From Spirochaetia bacterium (GTDB lineage: Bacteria > Spirochaetota > Spirochaetia > SP-2023), in contig CBDDCK010000004.1 of the NCBI GenBank assembly GCA_965225855.1, positions 96,001-160,000 of the forward strand: DNA of 64,000 bases, read 5' to 3'. A model generated the notes under the pieces. That model ran no database searches and was not told the DNA's origin. It saw only the letters and a list, made by a program, of their open reading frames with translations. The position numbers and the translations under genes were made by a program. Positions 55,136-64,000 of the stretch are shown here, piece by piece; positions within the stretch are counted from its first letter, which is position 1, and each line of letters opens with the position of its first letter.

Positions 55136-55960
55136 TTAAATAGAAGGAAAATAAAAATAACTATGCTGCACTAATTCAAAATTCGCCACAACACGAAAAT
55201 CTGGATATCGCGCTAACACAAATTGCTGGGCTTTCTTCTGAGTTTTAGAATCCCCAATAATTCCTTCCATTAAGATATTCTTTTCAGCTTCATCAAAAGA
55301 AATTTTTAATAAATCTATGAACAACTTTTCTTCAAAAAGCAATTCCATATACAACTCTTCTGCCTGAATCAAATTCTGTAACTGCAGCTTACGTGCTTGA
55401 ATCCGCTCTTCTGGGAAATGGGTATGCAACGCCGCTTCCAAAATATTGCGAAAATTATTCGCACTAATATTGAGTATTAAATCATAGCATGATTCATCAT
55501 TCCAGTCAGCGTCAAAAAAGAAACGATGGAAACCAATACGCTCACGCTCACGCTTGTGAATTAATGCACGAGCTTCATGTTGACTAATCTGCTGTTCTGA
55601 AGCTATCAAGCTAGAGCGATAGTCTTCTGGAGCAATCAACTTAATTTTCATAATAGCAGGAGTCTGTGCGAGAATAAAACTAGCACCATGCCCATAGATA
55701 ACCCCTTCATCTTGTAGGGCAAAACGGTAAACGCAAAGGCGCAAAAAAGATAAATAATAATCTTTGTGTATTCCCCACAAATCACGAAATTTCGGGCTAT
55801 GTTCGCCAAAGTGATCGAGCAAATGCTCACTACTGGATTTAAATTTTAACTGTTCCAAGTTTAAAGCATCTGAATCCAGTATAGGAAAATTATGCTGTTT
55901 TAGATCTGCCAAAATGTGGCTAAAATCAATGCCACCCTGTCGGGATAAAGTATAAATCAT
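55136..55960 (-). CDS. Cytidylate kinase-like family protein
   Basis: TLSRQGG, VIYGHGASFIL, KLIAPEDYR, YDLILN. Confidence 0.75.
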   Translation of the reverse strand: MIYTLSRQGGIDFSHILADLKQHNFPILDSDALNLEQLKFKSSSEHLLDHFGEHSPKFRDLWGIHKDYYLSFLRLCVYRFALQDEGVIYGHGASFILAQTPAIMKIKLIAPEDYRSSLIASEQQISQHEARALIHKRERERIGFHRFFFDADWNDESCYDLILNISANNFRNILEAALHTHFPEERIQARKLQLQNLIQAEELYMELLFEEKLFIDLLKISFDEAEKNILMEGIIGDSKTQKKAQQFVLARYPDFRVVANFELVQHSYFYFPSI

Positions 55961-55990
55961 AAATATTTTATTCTCCTATAAAAAATACAT

Positions 55991-57970
55991 TTAAGTCCTT
56001 TGTATTAAACGGTATAAATCTCGTTGACTCAAACTATACCACAATGGGCGACCATGAGGACAACGCTCAAATTTTTTGGAAAATAGTTCTCGCAATAATT
56101 CATTAGCACTAAGTTCATCAAGTATATCGCCTTTTTTAATGGCTTTACGGCAAGAAAGATGGGCAAAAAGCTCCCGTTTTAAATCTTCTGCTTCGCTGGC
56201 ACCGTGTAACACCAACTGAAGTAATTCTGCTTTCAAATCAGCAACCGATGGAGGCAAACTCGTGATACGCCAATTTTGGCCTTGAATTTTTTCTAACCGA
56301 ATCCCAATTTGAGATAAAGCTTGACTCCGTTGGCGCAGCAATTCATTACTTTGTTCTACATCTTCCAATTCCAACTCAATCGGAACCAACAAAGGTTGCT
56401 GCTGCAACATTTCCTGCTTCAGTGTTTCATAAAGGAGGCGTTCGTGGCTAGCATGCTGATCGACAATCAACAAATAATGAACACCATTGATTATCCTCTC
56501 CACTAGAAGGAATACCTCAAATAGCTGGCCAAAATAGCGAAAATCAGCCTCTTTAGGCTGTGGAATTTGCCAATCCGCATTATTTTCATGCAGGACATGC
56601 TCACCAAAATACTCCATATGTTCTGGATTCCATTGTATATCGCGAGCCGAAAAATTCCCGTAAGAAACTCCAGACGAACGAGTAGCCCTATGGTTGGAAT
56701 TTTTTTGCTCAAAAGAAAACAAAGGGCCAGCAGGTATAACTGAAGGAATATTTAAAGAAACTTCTACAGGGAAAGAATTTCTTCCTTCAGAACGCTTTGT
56801 TTCTCCTATTACGAAATTTTCTTCTTTTGGCCCTAACTTTGCCTCCGTCTCTATGAATCCTTTGCCATGGACAACTTCATCAACTTCTACAAACCCTGAA
56901 GTAACTTCTGCGTTTTCAGTAAGGCTAGATTCTACATTGCTATCGGCTAAGTTAGCACCACCAGCAAGCTTGCCATATTCTCTACAGAAACTTCGTAGTG
57001 TTTGGCGGATACTCGCTTGTAGCAAAGATAAGTTTCGCAAACGAGCCTCCCGTTTTGCCGGATGAATATTAAAATCCACACGATCTGGGGCAATATCCAT
57101 AAAACAAAAGCAAATGGGAAATAGCCCACCAGCTAAATAACCATCGAAACCAATGCGTACCGCTTGCTGCAATGAGGGCTCTACAATCGGGCGTTGGTTA
57201 ATATAAAATGGCATACGCTTTCGATCGCGGCGATAAATTGCAGGTGATGCAACAAAAATCTGTAGAGAAAACTGCTCGGCCTGCTCTTCCAAAGCAAACA
57301 ATTGCTCTACCACTAAATCGCTATATATTTGGCAAATACGCTCTGGAATGGTGCAAGGTGCCAGAGAAATTTCCATTTTTCCATGGTTATACAAACGAAA
57401 ATGTATATGCGAAAACGCCAAAGCTTTTTCTTGAAATACCGCTTTACAACTAGTCAATTCTGCTCGATTGCTTTTGAGAAATTTGCGCCTCGCCGGAAAA
57501 GAATAAAATAATTCACGCACTTCCACTTGCGTACCACTCTGCCCTGCTGAAGCCTTTTCCAAACTTTGAAATAAGCTGTCGGCAACCTTTAATTCATAAC
57601 TAGAAAATCCTTCTGCCAATTGTTGTGTGCTAGTAATACGCAATTTACTACAGGCTGCAATCGAACCCAAAGCCTCACCGCGAAAGCCTAAGCTGCAAAG
57701 TTTTAATAAATCATTTGTTTCACGAATTTTTGATGTGGCATGAGGTAAATAACAAAGCTCCAAATCTTCACGACTCATACCCAAACCATCATCACAAACG
57801 CGTATTAACTGTAGACCGCCTTCTTCCAAATAGAGCGAAATTTGAGTTGCGCCAGAATCAATGGCATTATCGAGTAATTCCCGCACCACAGCAGAAGGGC
57901 GCTCTACAACTTCTCCCGCAGCTATTTTTGCTGCAACTTGGGGTTTTAAAATGACAATATTTGGCCACAT
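55991..57970 (-). CDS. mutL: DNA mismatch repair endonuclease MutL
   Basis: IAAGEVVERP, ELLDNAIDSGA, HATSKI, LGFRGEAL, DFNIHPAK, DQHASHER, SCRKAIK, CPHGRP. Confidence 0.97.
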   Translation of the reverse strand: MWPNIVILKPQVAAKIAAGEVVERPSAVVRELLDNAIDSGATQISLYLEEGGLQLIRVCDDGLGMSREDLELCYLPHATSKIRETNDLLKLCSLGFRGEALGSIAACSKLRITSTQQLAEGFSSYELKVADSLFQSLEKASAGQSGTQVEVRELFYSFPARRKFLKSNRAELTSCKAVFQEKALAFSHIHFRLYNHGKMEISLAPCTIPERICQIYSDLVVEQLFALEEQAEQFSLQIFVASPAIYRRDRKRMPFYINQRPIVEPSLQQAVRIGFDGYLAGGLFPICFCFMDIAPDRVDFNIHPAKREARLRNLSLLQASIRQTLRSFCREYGKLAGGANLADSNVESSLTENAEVTSGFVEVDEVVHGKGFIETEAKLGPKEENFVIGETKRSEGRNSFPVEVSLNIPSVIPAGPLFSFEQKNSNHRATRSSGVSYGNFSARDIQWNPEHMEYFGEHVLHENNADWQIPQPKEADFRYFGQLFEVFLLVERIINGVHYLLIVDQHASHERLLYETLKQEMLQQQPLLVPIELELEDVEQSNELLRQRSQALSQIGIRLEKIQGQNWRITSLPPSVADLKAELLQLVLHGASEAEDLKRELFAHLSCRKAIKKGDILDELSANELLRELFSKKFERCPHGRPLWYSLSQRDLYRLIQRT

Positions 57971-58022
57971 CCCATGTACCTCCCATATACTTAATCAATA
58001 CATTTAGTCCTTTTTATTTACA

Positions 58023-58676
58023 TTATCTTGAATCGCTGCTAGCTTTTGTCGCCTCGTTTTTGTTGTTATTCACTGCCGATGCGCTCTCACCTCCACTGAC
58101 CCAAAGCTCTAAAACTAAGGGCATAGTCAAGGGAGTCCCCACTTTCGGCTTTTGGGCCAAGACAGTACCTATTGCCACATTCGGTTGTAGAACATGATGA
58201 ACCTTGCCTATTTGCAAACTTTGAGAAATATATTTAAAACGATTGACATCGTTTTGAATACGATACAATTTTTGATTAATATAGTTGGGCACTTTATCTA
58301 CTAAATTACCCTTGCTAATCGTGAGCAAAACTTTGCGGCCAATAACCACCTTAGCACCAGCTGCAGGTATTTGATGCAAAATAGTGCCCGCATCACCAAT
58401 ACTGTTAGAAATTTTTAACAGCACTTTAGGAACAAGATGCTTTTCTTGTAATTCAATTAAAGCGTTTACTAACGGTTCTCCCTCAACTTGGGGAACAATC
58501 ACAACTTCTTTTTTGTGCACGGAAAGAAAAAATACAATAGCAACGGTAAATAACAACAAAGCTAGGCATAGCACGATAAAGCCAAAACCTGCCCAGAAGA
58601 TAGAATCACCATTGACAGAGGCAAGTCCCCGCACATTCGCTTCCCCATTATTAGAACGGTGATTTACTGATGCCAT
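58023..58676 (-). CDS. PASTA domain-containing membrane protein
   Basis: One TM segment, then VPQVEG..GTILHQIPAAG..V.LTISKG and VPNYI..GTVLAQKP. Confidence 0.85.
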   Translation of the reverse strand: MASVNHRSNNGEANVRGLASVNGDSIFWAGFGFIVLCLALLLFTVAIVFFLSVHKKEVVIVPQVEGEPLVNALIELQEKHLVPKVLLKISNSIGDAGTILHQIPAAGAKVVIGRKVLLTISKGNLVDKVPNYINQKLYRIQNDVNRFKYISQSLQIGKVHHVLQPNVAIGTVLAQKPKVGTPLTMPLVLELWVSGGESASAVNNNKNEATKASSDSR

Positions 58677-58929
58677 GTAACCTCTTTAAATCCCCGAAGG
58701 ATTTTCGGAGAATAAATATGTTCATATATGCTTTGCCCCAGAAAGACCAACATAAGCACCCCACTATAACAAGAATCGAAAAACGGTCTAGGCCTTGCTA
58801 GACCAAGATGAGCGAAAACGTAAATATTATGGGCCTTAAATATTCCTTTATACTTTGGTTTTTACTTTAATAAAATATTTAATAACTTTGAATTACAGCT
58901 TGACCATAGCTTGACCATATACAGGAGAT

Positions 58930-59733
58930 ATGATGTTGCTAGCATTTGATGTAGGAAATAGTAATGTAAAAATTGGGCTGTTGGAAAAGATAGGACAAGC
59001 TCCAACAAAAATTTATGATAAAATCCGCATTAGCTCGCAATTGCAGCGTACAGCAGATGAATATCATTTATTTACCGAACAGTTTCTAAAAAAAAATCAA
59101 TGCAACTGGGAAAAATTAGAAGGTGTTATTATTAGCAGTGTCGTACCGCTGATAACCGGTGAACTGAGTATTTTTCTCGAAAAGTGTGCCCATAAGCCTT
59201 ACCTAATTTTGGGGCCCGGTGTTAAAACTGGGTTAAAAATCTGTACTGATCACCCCCACGAATTGGGAGCAGACTTGGTTGCCAATGCAGCAGGAGCCTA
59301 TCATCTAAGCCATGGTAGACCTTGTATTGCCATCGCCTTTGGAACGGCTACCACCTTTACAGTCGTCAATCAACAAGGAGAACTTTTGGGAGTAGCTATT
59401 GCCCCTGGTATCGAAACAGCCCTAACTTCGCTAGTAAAAAACGCAGCACTACTGCGCCAAGTCAAACTAGAAATGCCACGCTCTGCTGTAGGTCGCAATA
59501 CCCAAGAAGCCATCAGGGCTGGCCTTATTTTGGGAAACTTAGGAACCATCGAATATTTAATTGAGCAACAATTTTCCGAATTAAATGACGATAATGTAAA
59601 AATATATAGCACTGGATTCTTTGGCAAATTTTATCAGAAACACAGCCAATACTTAAAAAAATTTGGTGAATTCCAAGAAAACCTACTATTTCTGGGCTTG
59701 CAAGAAATTTGGTCGAAAAATTTATCTACATAG
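58930..59733 (+). CDS. coaX: Type III pantothenate kinase
   Basis: LAFDVGNSNVKIG, ISSVVP, ELGADL, FGTATTF, IAPG, VGRNT. Confidence 0.9.
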   Translation: MMLLAFDVGNSNVKIGLLEKIGQAPTKIYDKIRISSQLQRTADEYHLFTEQFLKKNQCNWEKLEGVIISSVVPLITGELSIFLEKCAHKPYLILGPGVKTGLKICTDHPHELGADLVANAAGAYHLSHGRPCIAIAFGTATTFTVVNQQGELLGVAIAPGIETALTSLVKNAALLRQVKLEMPRSAVGRNTQEAIRAGLILGNLGTIEYLIEQQFSELNDDNVKIYSTGFFGKFYQKHSQYLKKFGEFQENLLFLGLQEIWSKNLST

Positions 59734-59741
59734 AGTAGCTT

Positions 59742-60476
59742 TTACTTATAAAAAAAATGATTTTTCATAAATTGCAAATTGGTGCGCATGTACAAATAAG
59801 AAAAACTTAAAAACAAAGTATAAATTAAACTAAATTGCAAATTTAGTTTAATATGTAGCAAAACGGTAACGGCCTTTTGCATTAAAATATCTGGATTCAG
59901 TAAAATATCCCAACTGTTTAAACGCTCAAACCGCCCAATGATAACTCCATATGAAGACAAAAATAACAGACCAAAAATTAGAGCTTCCCGATGCCAGCGG
60001 CGCAATTGTTTTTGCATCATCATACAATCAATGGCTAAAAGAGTGTGGCAACCCAAAAATAAACCTAATACACTACAATGTAAAAAGAAAATCAGATCAA
60101 ACCAAACCAAAGCATTCGGTTCTTGAAAATTATCGTACCAACTTTGGCCGTTGGAAATTAAGTGAATTAAATCTGTAAAAATGTAAAAAGAATTAGGTAA
60201 AAAAAAGAATAAACTTAAAGCAAGCAATGGCCATAAAACAAAGCGTTTTAAAAAAGGCATATAGGGTAAATATCGTTTGGACTTACTAGGATAGCTCAAC
60301 ACAAACGCAAGTACCAAAACCAATATGTAGGGTACCCAAGCTAAAAACAAATTCCATAACAGAAAAGTATATGTATCGCGGCCAACTTTATAGTAACGGA
60401 ATAACAACATTACAGCAGCTATAAAACTCGCCATAGCAAAACGAAATGTACTACTGCAAAAATATTTTTCTATCAT
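59742..60476 (-). CDS. DUF1361 family membrane protein
   Basis: FLLWNLFLAWVP, FLPNSFYIFTDLIHL, GRFERLNSWDI. Confidence 0.85.
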   Translation of the reverse strand: MIEKYFCSSTFRFAMASFIAAVMLLFRYYKVGRDTYTFLLWNLFLAWVPYILVLVLAFVLSYPSKSKRYLPYMPFLKRFVLWPLLALSLFFFLPNSFYIFTDLIHLISNGQSWYDNFQEPNALVWFDLIFFLHCSVLGLFLGCHTLLAIDCMMMQKQLRRWHREALIFGLLFLSSYGVIIGRFERLNSWDILLNPDILMQKAVTVLLHIKLNLQFSLIYTLFLSFSYLYMRTNLQFMKNHFFYK

Positions 60477-60512
60477 TAAAAAATACCTAGCAATAAAGCC
60501 AACAGAAATATT

Positions 60513-61763
60513 TTAATTTTTACGCCACTGAATTTGGCGATAGTCGATAAAGCCAAGAGCCTTGCGAATAGGGACCGCATCGCCAAATTGATCAAACAAT
60601 TTGCCGTAAAAAAAGCCATAAAGACGTTGCGTCTGTGTCAAAGGAAATACTTGTTTAGAAGCATTATTCACGCTAAAAGGCTGAAAACTCAAGTACAAAT
60701 GTTTTCCTGCTGCAATTTTCCACTCTAAATCAGGTAATAAATTACTATTCTTATCCAACAATCTGGATTGTTTTATCCTTTGTTTACTACTTTTTATCTG
60801 CTCTGAACGACTAAAGGTCGGTATAATGCGCGGTAAACGGTAGCGGATTTTCTGCTCAACCCAAATCGCACTTTCGCTACTGCAACTGTCATGCCCCATC
60901 ATCAGTAAAGCCCCAGCCATCCTTTGAGTTTTTAGTTCCCCCACAGTTTGAGAATTAAACTTCTGTAAAACAATCTGTTGTTGTAAATCAAAAAAATTCG
61001 ACTCTTCGCCTACTTCATATTCTTCAATCGAAATTTCATTAACCAAGTCTGTAGCGAAAGCCGAAGTTTTGCTAGGGACAGGTGTTTCAAATTTTTGCTC
61101 ATCAACAGCATGCTGCCAAAATTGGCAACGAAGCTCTTTTGTTATAGCAGGAAAATGCCCCCCTATCCATTCATAACTCATATTAAAATTAGCTGCCAAA
61201 TCTGGCTGTTGCGAATAATGATTGCCATCTAAAATCAATTCAATACTACTACAATTTAGCATTGCATGCTTTTCGTTAAAGCTCCAATTATCAAAATCAA
61301 ATGGATTTACATTGCGTAAAGGCTTACGCTCAGTGCGATGAATATGGCTAACAAAATGAATATAATAATGATCAAAATAAGAAAAATGGAAGTAAAGAAA
61401 GCCAGGCCCATCACACTGGATATGGAGTTCTAACCCCAAACTGCGCCCTTGAATTTCATATTTTTCCGGAGAGCCTTCCCAAACAAATTGCTTACGTGCC
61501 AATGTCCAGGATTTCTCCAAGTAGACATCATACTTTAAATCATAACCAATTAGCAGAATGCGCAAAGTTTCATTACTTTTTAGCAGCTCAATTTCAGCTT
61601 GAAGTTTAGGCGTAAAAATATTTATCCGTAGACAAGAACGCAGTAAAGCATAAAATTTTCTACTAGATAAATTGATACTATCTTGGTAATTTTGAATATT
61701 CCAATCTAGGCCTTCATCATAAGAACCGTAGTTAATTTCATTTAAAGGAGATATCAGTTTCAT
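60513..61763 (-). CDS. Hypothetical protein (weakly DUF2804-like)
   Basis: 416-aa ORF with AGGA RBS; C-terminal QRLYGFFYGKL...LGFID. Confidence 0.55.
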   Translation of the reverse strand: MKLISPLNEINYGSYDEGLDWNIQNYQDSINLSSRKFYALLRSCLRINIFTPKLQAEIELLKSNETLRILLIGYDLKYDVYLEKSWTLARKQFVWEGSPEKYEIQGRSLGLELHIQCDGPGFLYFHFSYFDHYYIHFVSHIHRTERKPLRNVNPFDFDNWSFNEKHAMLNCSSIELILDGNHYSQQPDLAANFNMSYEWIGGHFPAITKELRCQFWQHAVDEQKFETPVPSKTSAFATDLVNEISIEEYEVGEESNFFDLQQQIVLQKFNSQTVGELKTQRMAGALLMMGHDSCSSESAIWVEQKIRYRLPRIIPTFSRSEQIKSSKQRIKQSRLLDKNSNLLPDLEWKIAAGKHLYLSFQPFSVNNASKQVFPLTQTQRLYGFFYGKLFDQFGDAVPIRKALGFIDYRQIQWRKN

Positions 61764-62039
61764 GAAGTCCTTTTGGCCAACCGAAAAACCTACAATGGTT
61801 GGCTTTATTTTTCTCTCTCATTTCACAAATAGAAAATTGTAAGAGATGGGAATTATGTAATGCCCAGAATAACAAAGTTCAATCCAATACAGCAAGCAAA
61901 GTCTGTTAAATTTCTCCTTTATAGCCATTTCACAAAGATTTTTATACAAAATCAATGTTACTTTACTTGACCAACATATAAAACTGGTTAAAATAAAATG
62001 GTTTGGGAAAGGTTTTAGACCTTCTATTCCTGGGGGGAA

Positions 62040-62744
62040 ATGTTTAAAATCGTAAAGCTCACGGAGCAGATATGTTTATTGCTCTGTCTCTATCTTATAT
62101 CGTACAATGTTATTATGTTTATCTGGGACAGTCATGGTTTAGTTTCCTACCGTAAATTATTGCAAGCCCAGCAAACGATGAATGGCCAATACGAAAAGCT
62201 AGAAAAACATCAGCGTGAATTGTTGGCACTCGCAAAACATATCCGCAGTGATCCTAAATACATTACCATAGAAGCTCGCGGGTTAGGCTACTACCAGAAG
62301 GAGGACCGATTGATTTTAATCAATACTTGGACGCAAGCGCAGCCAGCTCCCTCCCCTGGCGAACAATTGACACTAGATAAAAAAATAATGGAGGCCAATA
62401 CCCCTAGCGGTATCTGGCTTTATGCATTATTTTTTACAGCATGCCTTTGGCTTATTGTTCGCCTCCTATACTTCGGCCAGCCAGATCGGATTCCCAGAGG
62501 ATTCAACTTGAATCGAAGAGGCAAATTGCCTAAAGAGAAATTTCCCAAAATACGGTATGCCAAAACAGTCCGCCAAAGTAGAAAAGCTAGGCGATTGTCA
62601 AATAGCCAGCCGGAAAATCCCGAAAATATTAAAGATTTATATCCCAAAGAAATTAAGCAAATATATAATGAAAGCCCTTTAGATTCTATATACTATAGAG
62701 CAGATATTTGGGGACGTAGAACTCTAGCCCCTCATTCTGAATAA
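62040..62744 (+). CDS. Septum formation initiator (FtsB/DivIC) family protein
   Basis: TM segment, GLVSY coiled coil, SDPKYITIEARGLGY; second TM and basic tail. Confidence 0.7.
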   Translation: MFKIVKLTEQICLLLCLYLISYNVIMFIWDSHGLVSYRKLLQAQQTMNGQYEKLEKHQRELLALAKHIRSDPKYITIEARGLGYYQKEDRLILINTWTQAQPAPSPGEQLTLDKKIMEANTPSGIWLYALFFTACLWLIVRLLYFGQPDRIPRGFNLNRRGKLPKEKFPKIRYAKTVRQSRKARRLSNSQPENPENIKDLYPKEIKQIYNESPLDSIYYRADIWGRRTLAPHSE

Positions 62745-62880
62745 TAGAATAATTCTGTATGAGCTTAGAAGGGGTTGTACTTCGCTTTACCTGAATTAAT
62801 AAGGAGTGTGAGAAGCCAAAGGCGCCAGAGTTTAACCCAATTTTGTTAAAGGCCTGTGCCTAAAGGCTCTCTAATCTGGT

Positions 62881-64000
62881 ATGACACAAATACCCAAAAC
62901 AATCCCAGCTATGGCTCAAGGTAGTTTAGCCCAATCCGAACTCTATTTATTGCAGCAAAGCTACCTAGAAAATTACCAGAATGGCCCCCGATTCTCGGGT
63001 TCATTCCCCATTTTAGCAGATTACGGCTGTCCATCTAAGCTAAAGTACAGCTTGTTCGATGCCCCTTTGATAAACCCTTTGGGTGTTCCAGCAGGCCCCC
63101 TGCTAAATTCCAAATGGGTCCAGTTCTATTTGAAGTTTGGCTTTGCCGTACCTACCTATAAGACTGTGCGCAGTATTGCCAAAGAGACCGCCCCCTATCC
63201 TCATTGTGCCTATATCGCAATGCCTACAACTCAAACTGCATTAGCGCTTGGGCAAGCTTTGCCTGAATTGCAAAGCTCTAGCAATGCACCCAATAGCTCT
63301 CAACCGCTAAGCATTGCAAATTCTTTTGGCGTTCCTAGTGTGGCCCCCGAGGTTTGGATGGCAGATGTCGAGCTAGCCAATTCTTACTGCTGTGATGGCC
63401 AATTGTTAATCGTCTCTATCATTGGCACAGAAGGGGCGCAGGGGCGCAACCTACGGAAAGACTTTGGCTACACGGCCGCTCTGGCTTGTGAGGCTGATGC
63501 CAAGGTGATTGAGGCCAATCTTTCCTGCCCAAACCTAAGCGGAAACCAACGCAATCGCGTTGCAGGTATGTTATATATCGATGCTGAAAATGCGTGCTGT
63601 ATCGCTAAGGAGATTCGGCAAGCTATTGGCAAGCATAAACCTTTGTTGTTGAAGATTGGCTACTTGGAGCCAGAACAGTTAAAAGCTTTTGTGGCAGCCA
63701 CTAGGCCCTATGTCGATGGTTATACGGCTATCAATACCTTGCGTGCCAATGTTCGGCAGTCCGATGGAACATTGGCCTTTCCGAGCCGCCTAAAAGTAGG
63801 TATCAGCGGTTATGCTATCCGCCATTTTGCGCGGAATGTTACCCTTAACTTAGAAGTATTGCGCCAACAACGACAAGACGATTTCGCTATAGTGAGCGTT
63901 GGCGGTGTCAACAGTGCCGAAGACTTAGAACAACGCCTACAAGATGGCGCCAACCTCGCTATGAGTGCCACCGCTGCCATGTGGGATCCTTATTTAGCTC
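62881..64000 (+). CDS. Dihydroorotate dehydrogenase-like FMN TIM-barrel protein, 3'-truncated by window (absent from ORF track)
   Basis: Open frame from ATG 62881: NPLGVPAGPLLNSKW, TYKTVRS, NSFGVPS, IEANLSCPN, LLKIG, AINT, GISG, SVGGV. Confidence 0.8.
   Translation, partial: MTQIPKTIPAMAQGSLAQSELYLLQQSYLENYQNGPRFSGSFPILADYGCPSKLKYSLFDAPLINPLGVPAGPLLNSKWVQFYLKFGFAVPTYKTVRSIAKETAPYPHCAYIAMPTTQTALALGQALPELQSSSNAPNSSQPLSIANSFGVPSVAPEVWMADVELANSYCCDGQLLIVSIIGTEGAQGRNLRKDFGYTAALACEADAKVIEANLSCPNLSGNQRNRVAGMLYIDAENACCIAKEIRQAIGKHKPLLLKIGYLEPEQLKAFVAATRPYVDGYTAINTLRANVRQSDGTLAFPSRLKVGISGYAIRHFARNVTLNLEVLRQQRQDDFAIVSVGGVNSAEDLEQRLQDGANLAMSATAAMWDPYLA

Overview
Bacterial chromosome segment, most likely from a host-associated spirochaete. 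This is inferred from the SpiroCoCo-type coiled-coil protein, the Bdr/DUF1640-like gene, the HU-like/DUF4469 gene, spirochaetal lipoboxes and gene context. The housekeeping backbone includes a DAG-kinase-family gene, coaE, a SPOR protein, fumarase alpha subunit, hslVU, bioB, a livKHMGF-type ABC transporter, araD/ulaF, argS, pyrG, glgA-glgB, tRNA-Leu(CAG), asnS, mutL, coaX, an FtsB-like gene and a truncated DHOD-like gene. The most unusual part is 27.3-42.2 kb. Two paralogous repeat-domain lipoprotein genes sit in inverted orientation and show domain-level mosaicism. They share a C7-tract promoter, and a G-quadruplex-like motif lies upstream of one copy. They are embedded among short 21-22-bp palindromic module arrays that recur next to other accessory genes (Bdr-like gene, decayed R-M cassette, DUF4469 gene), with no transposase or integrase in the window. 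One lipoprotein copy sits inside a decayed L-ascorbate (ula) locus. Separately, a 1550-aa ORF fuses a ParE/GyrB-type GHKL ATPase-transducer module (no TOPRIM) to a ~1100-aa coiled coil ending in an HTH-like tail. All family assignments come from reading motifs by eye; no database searches were run.
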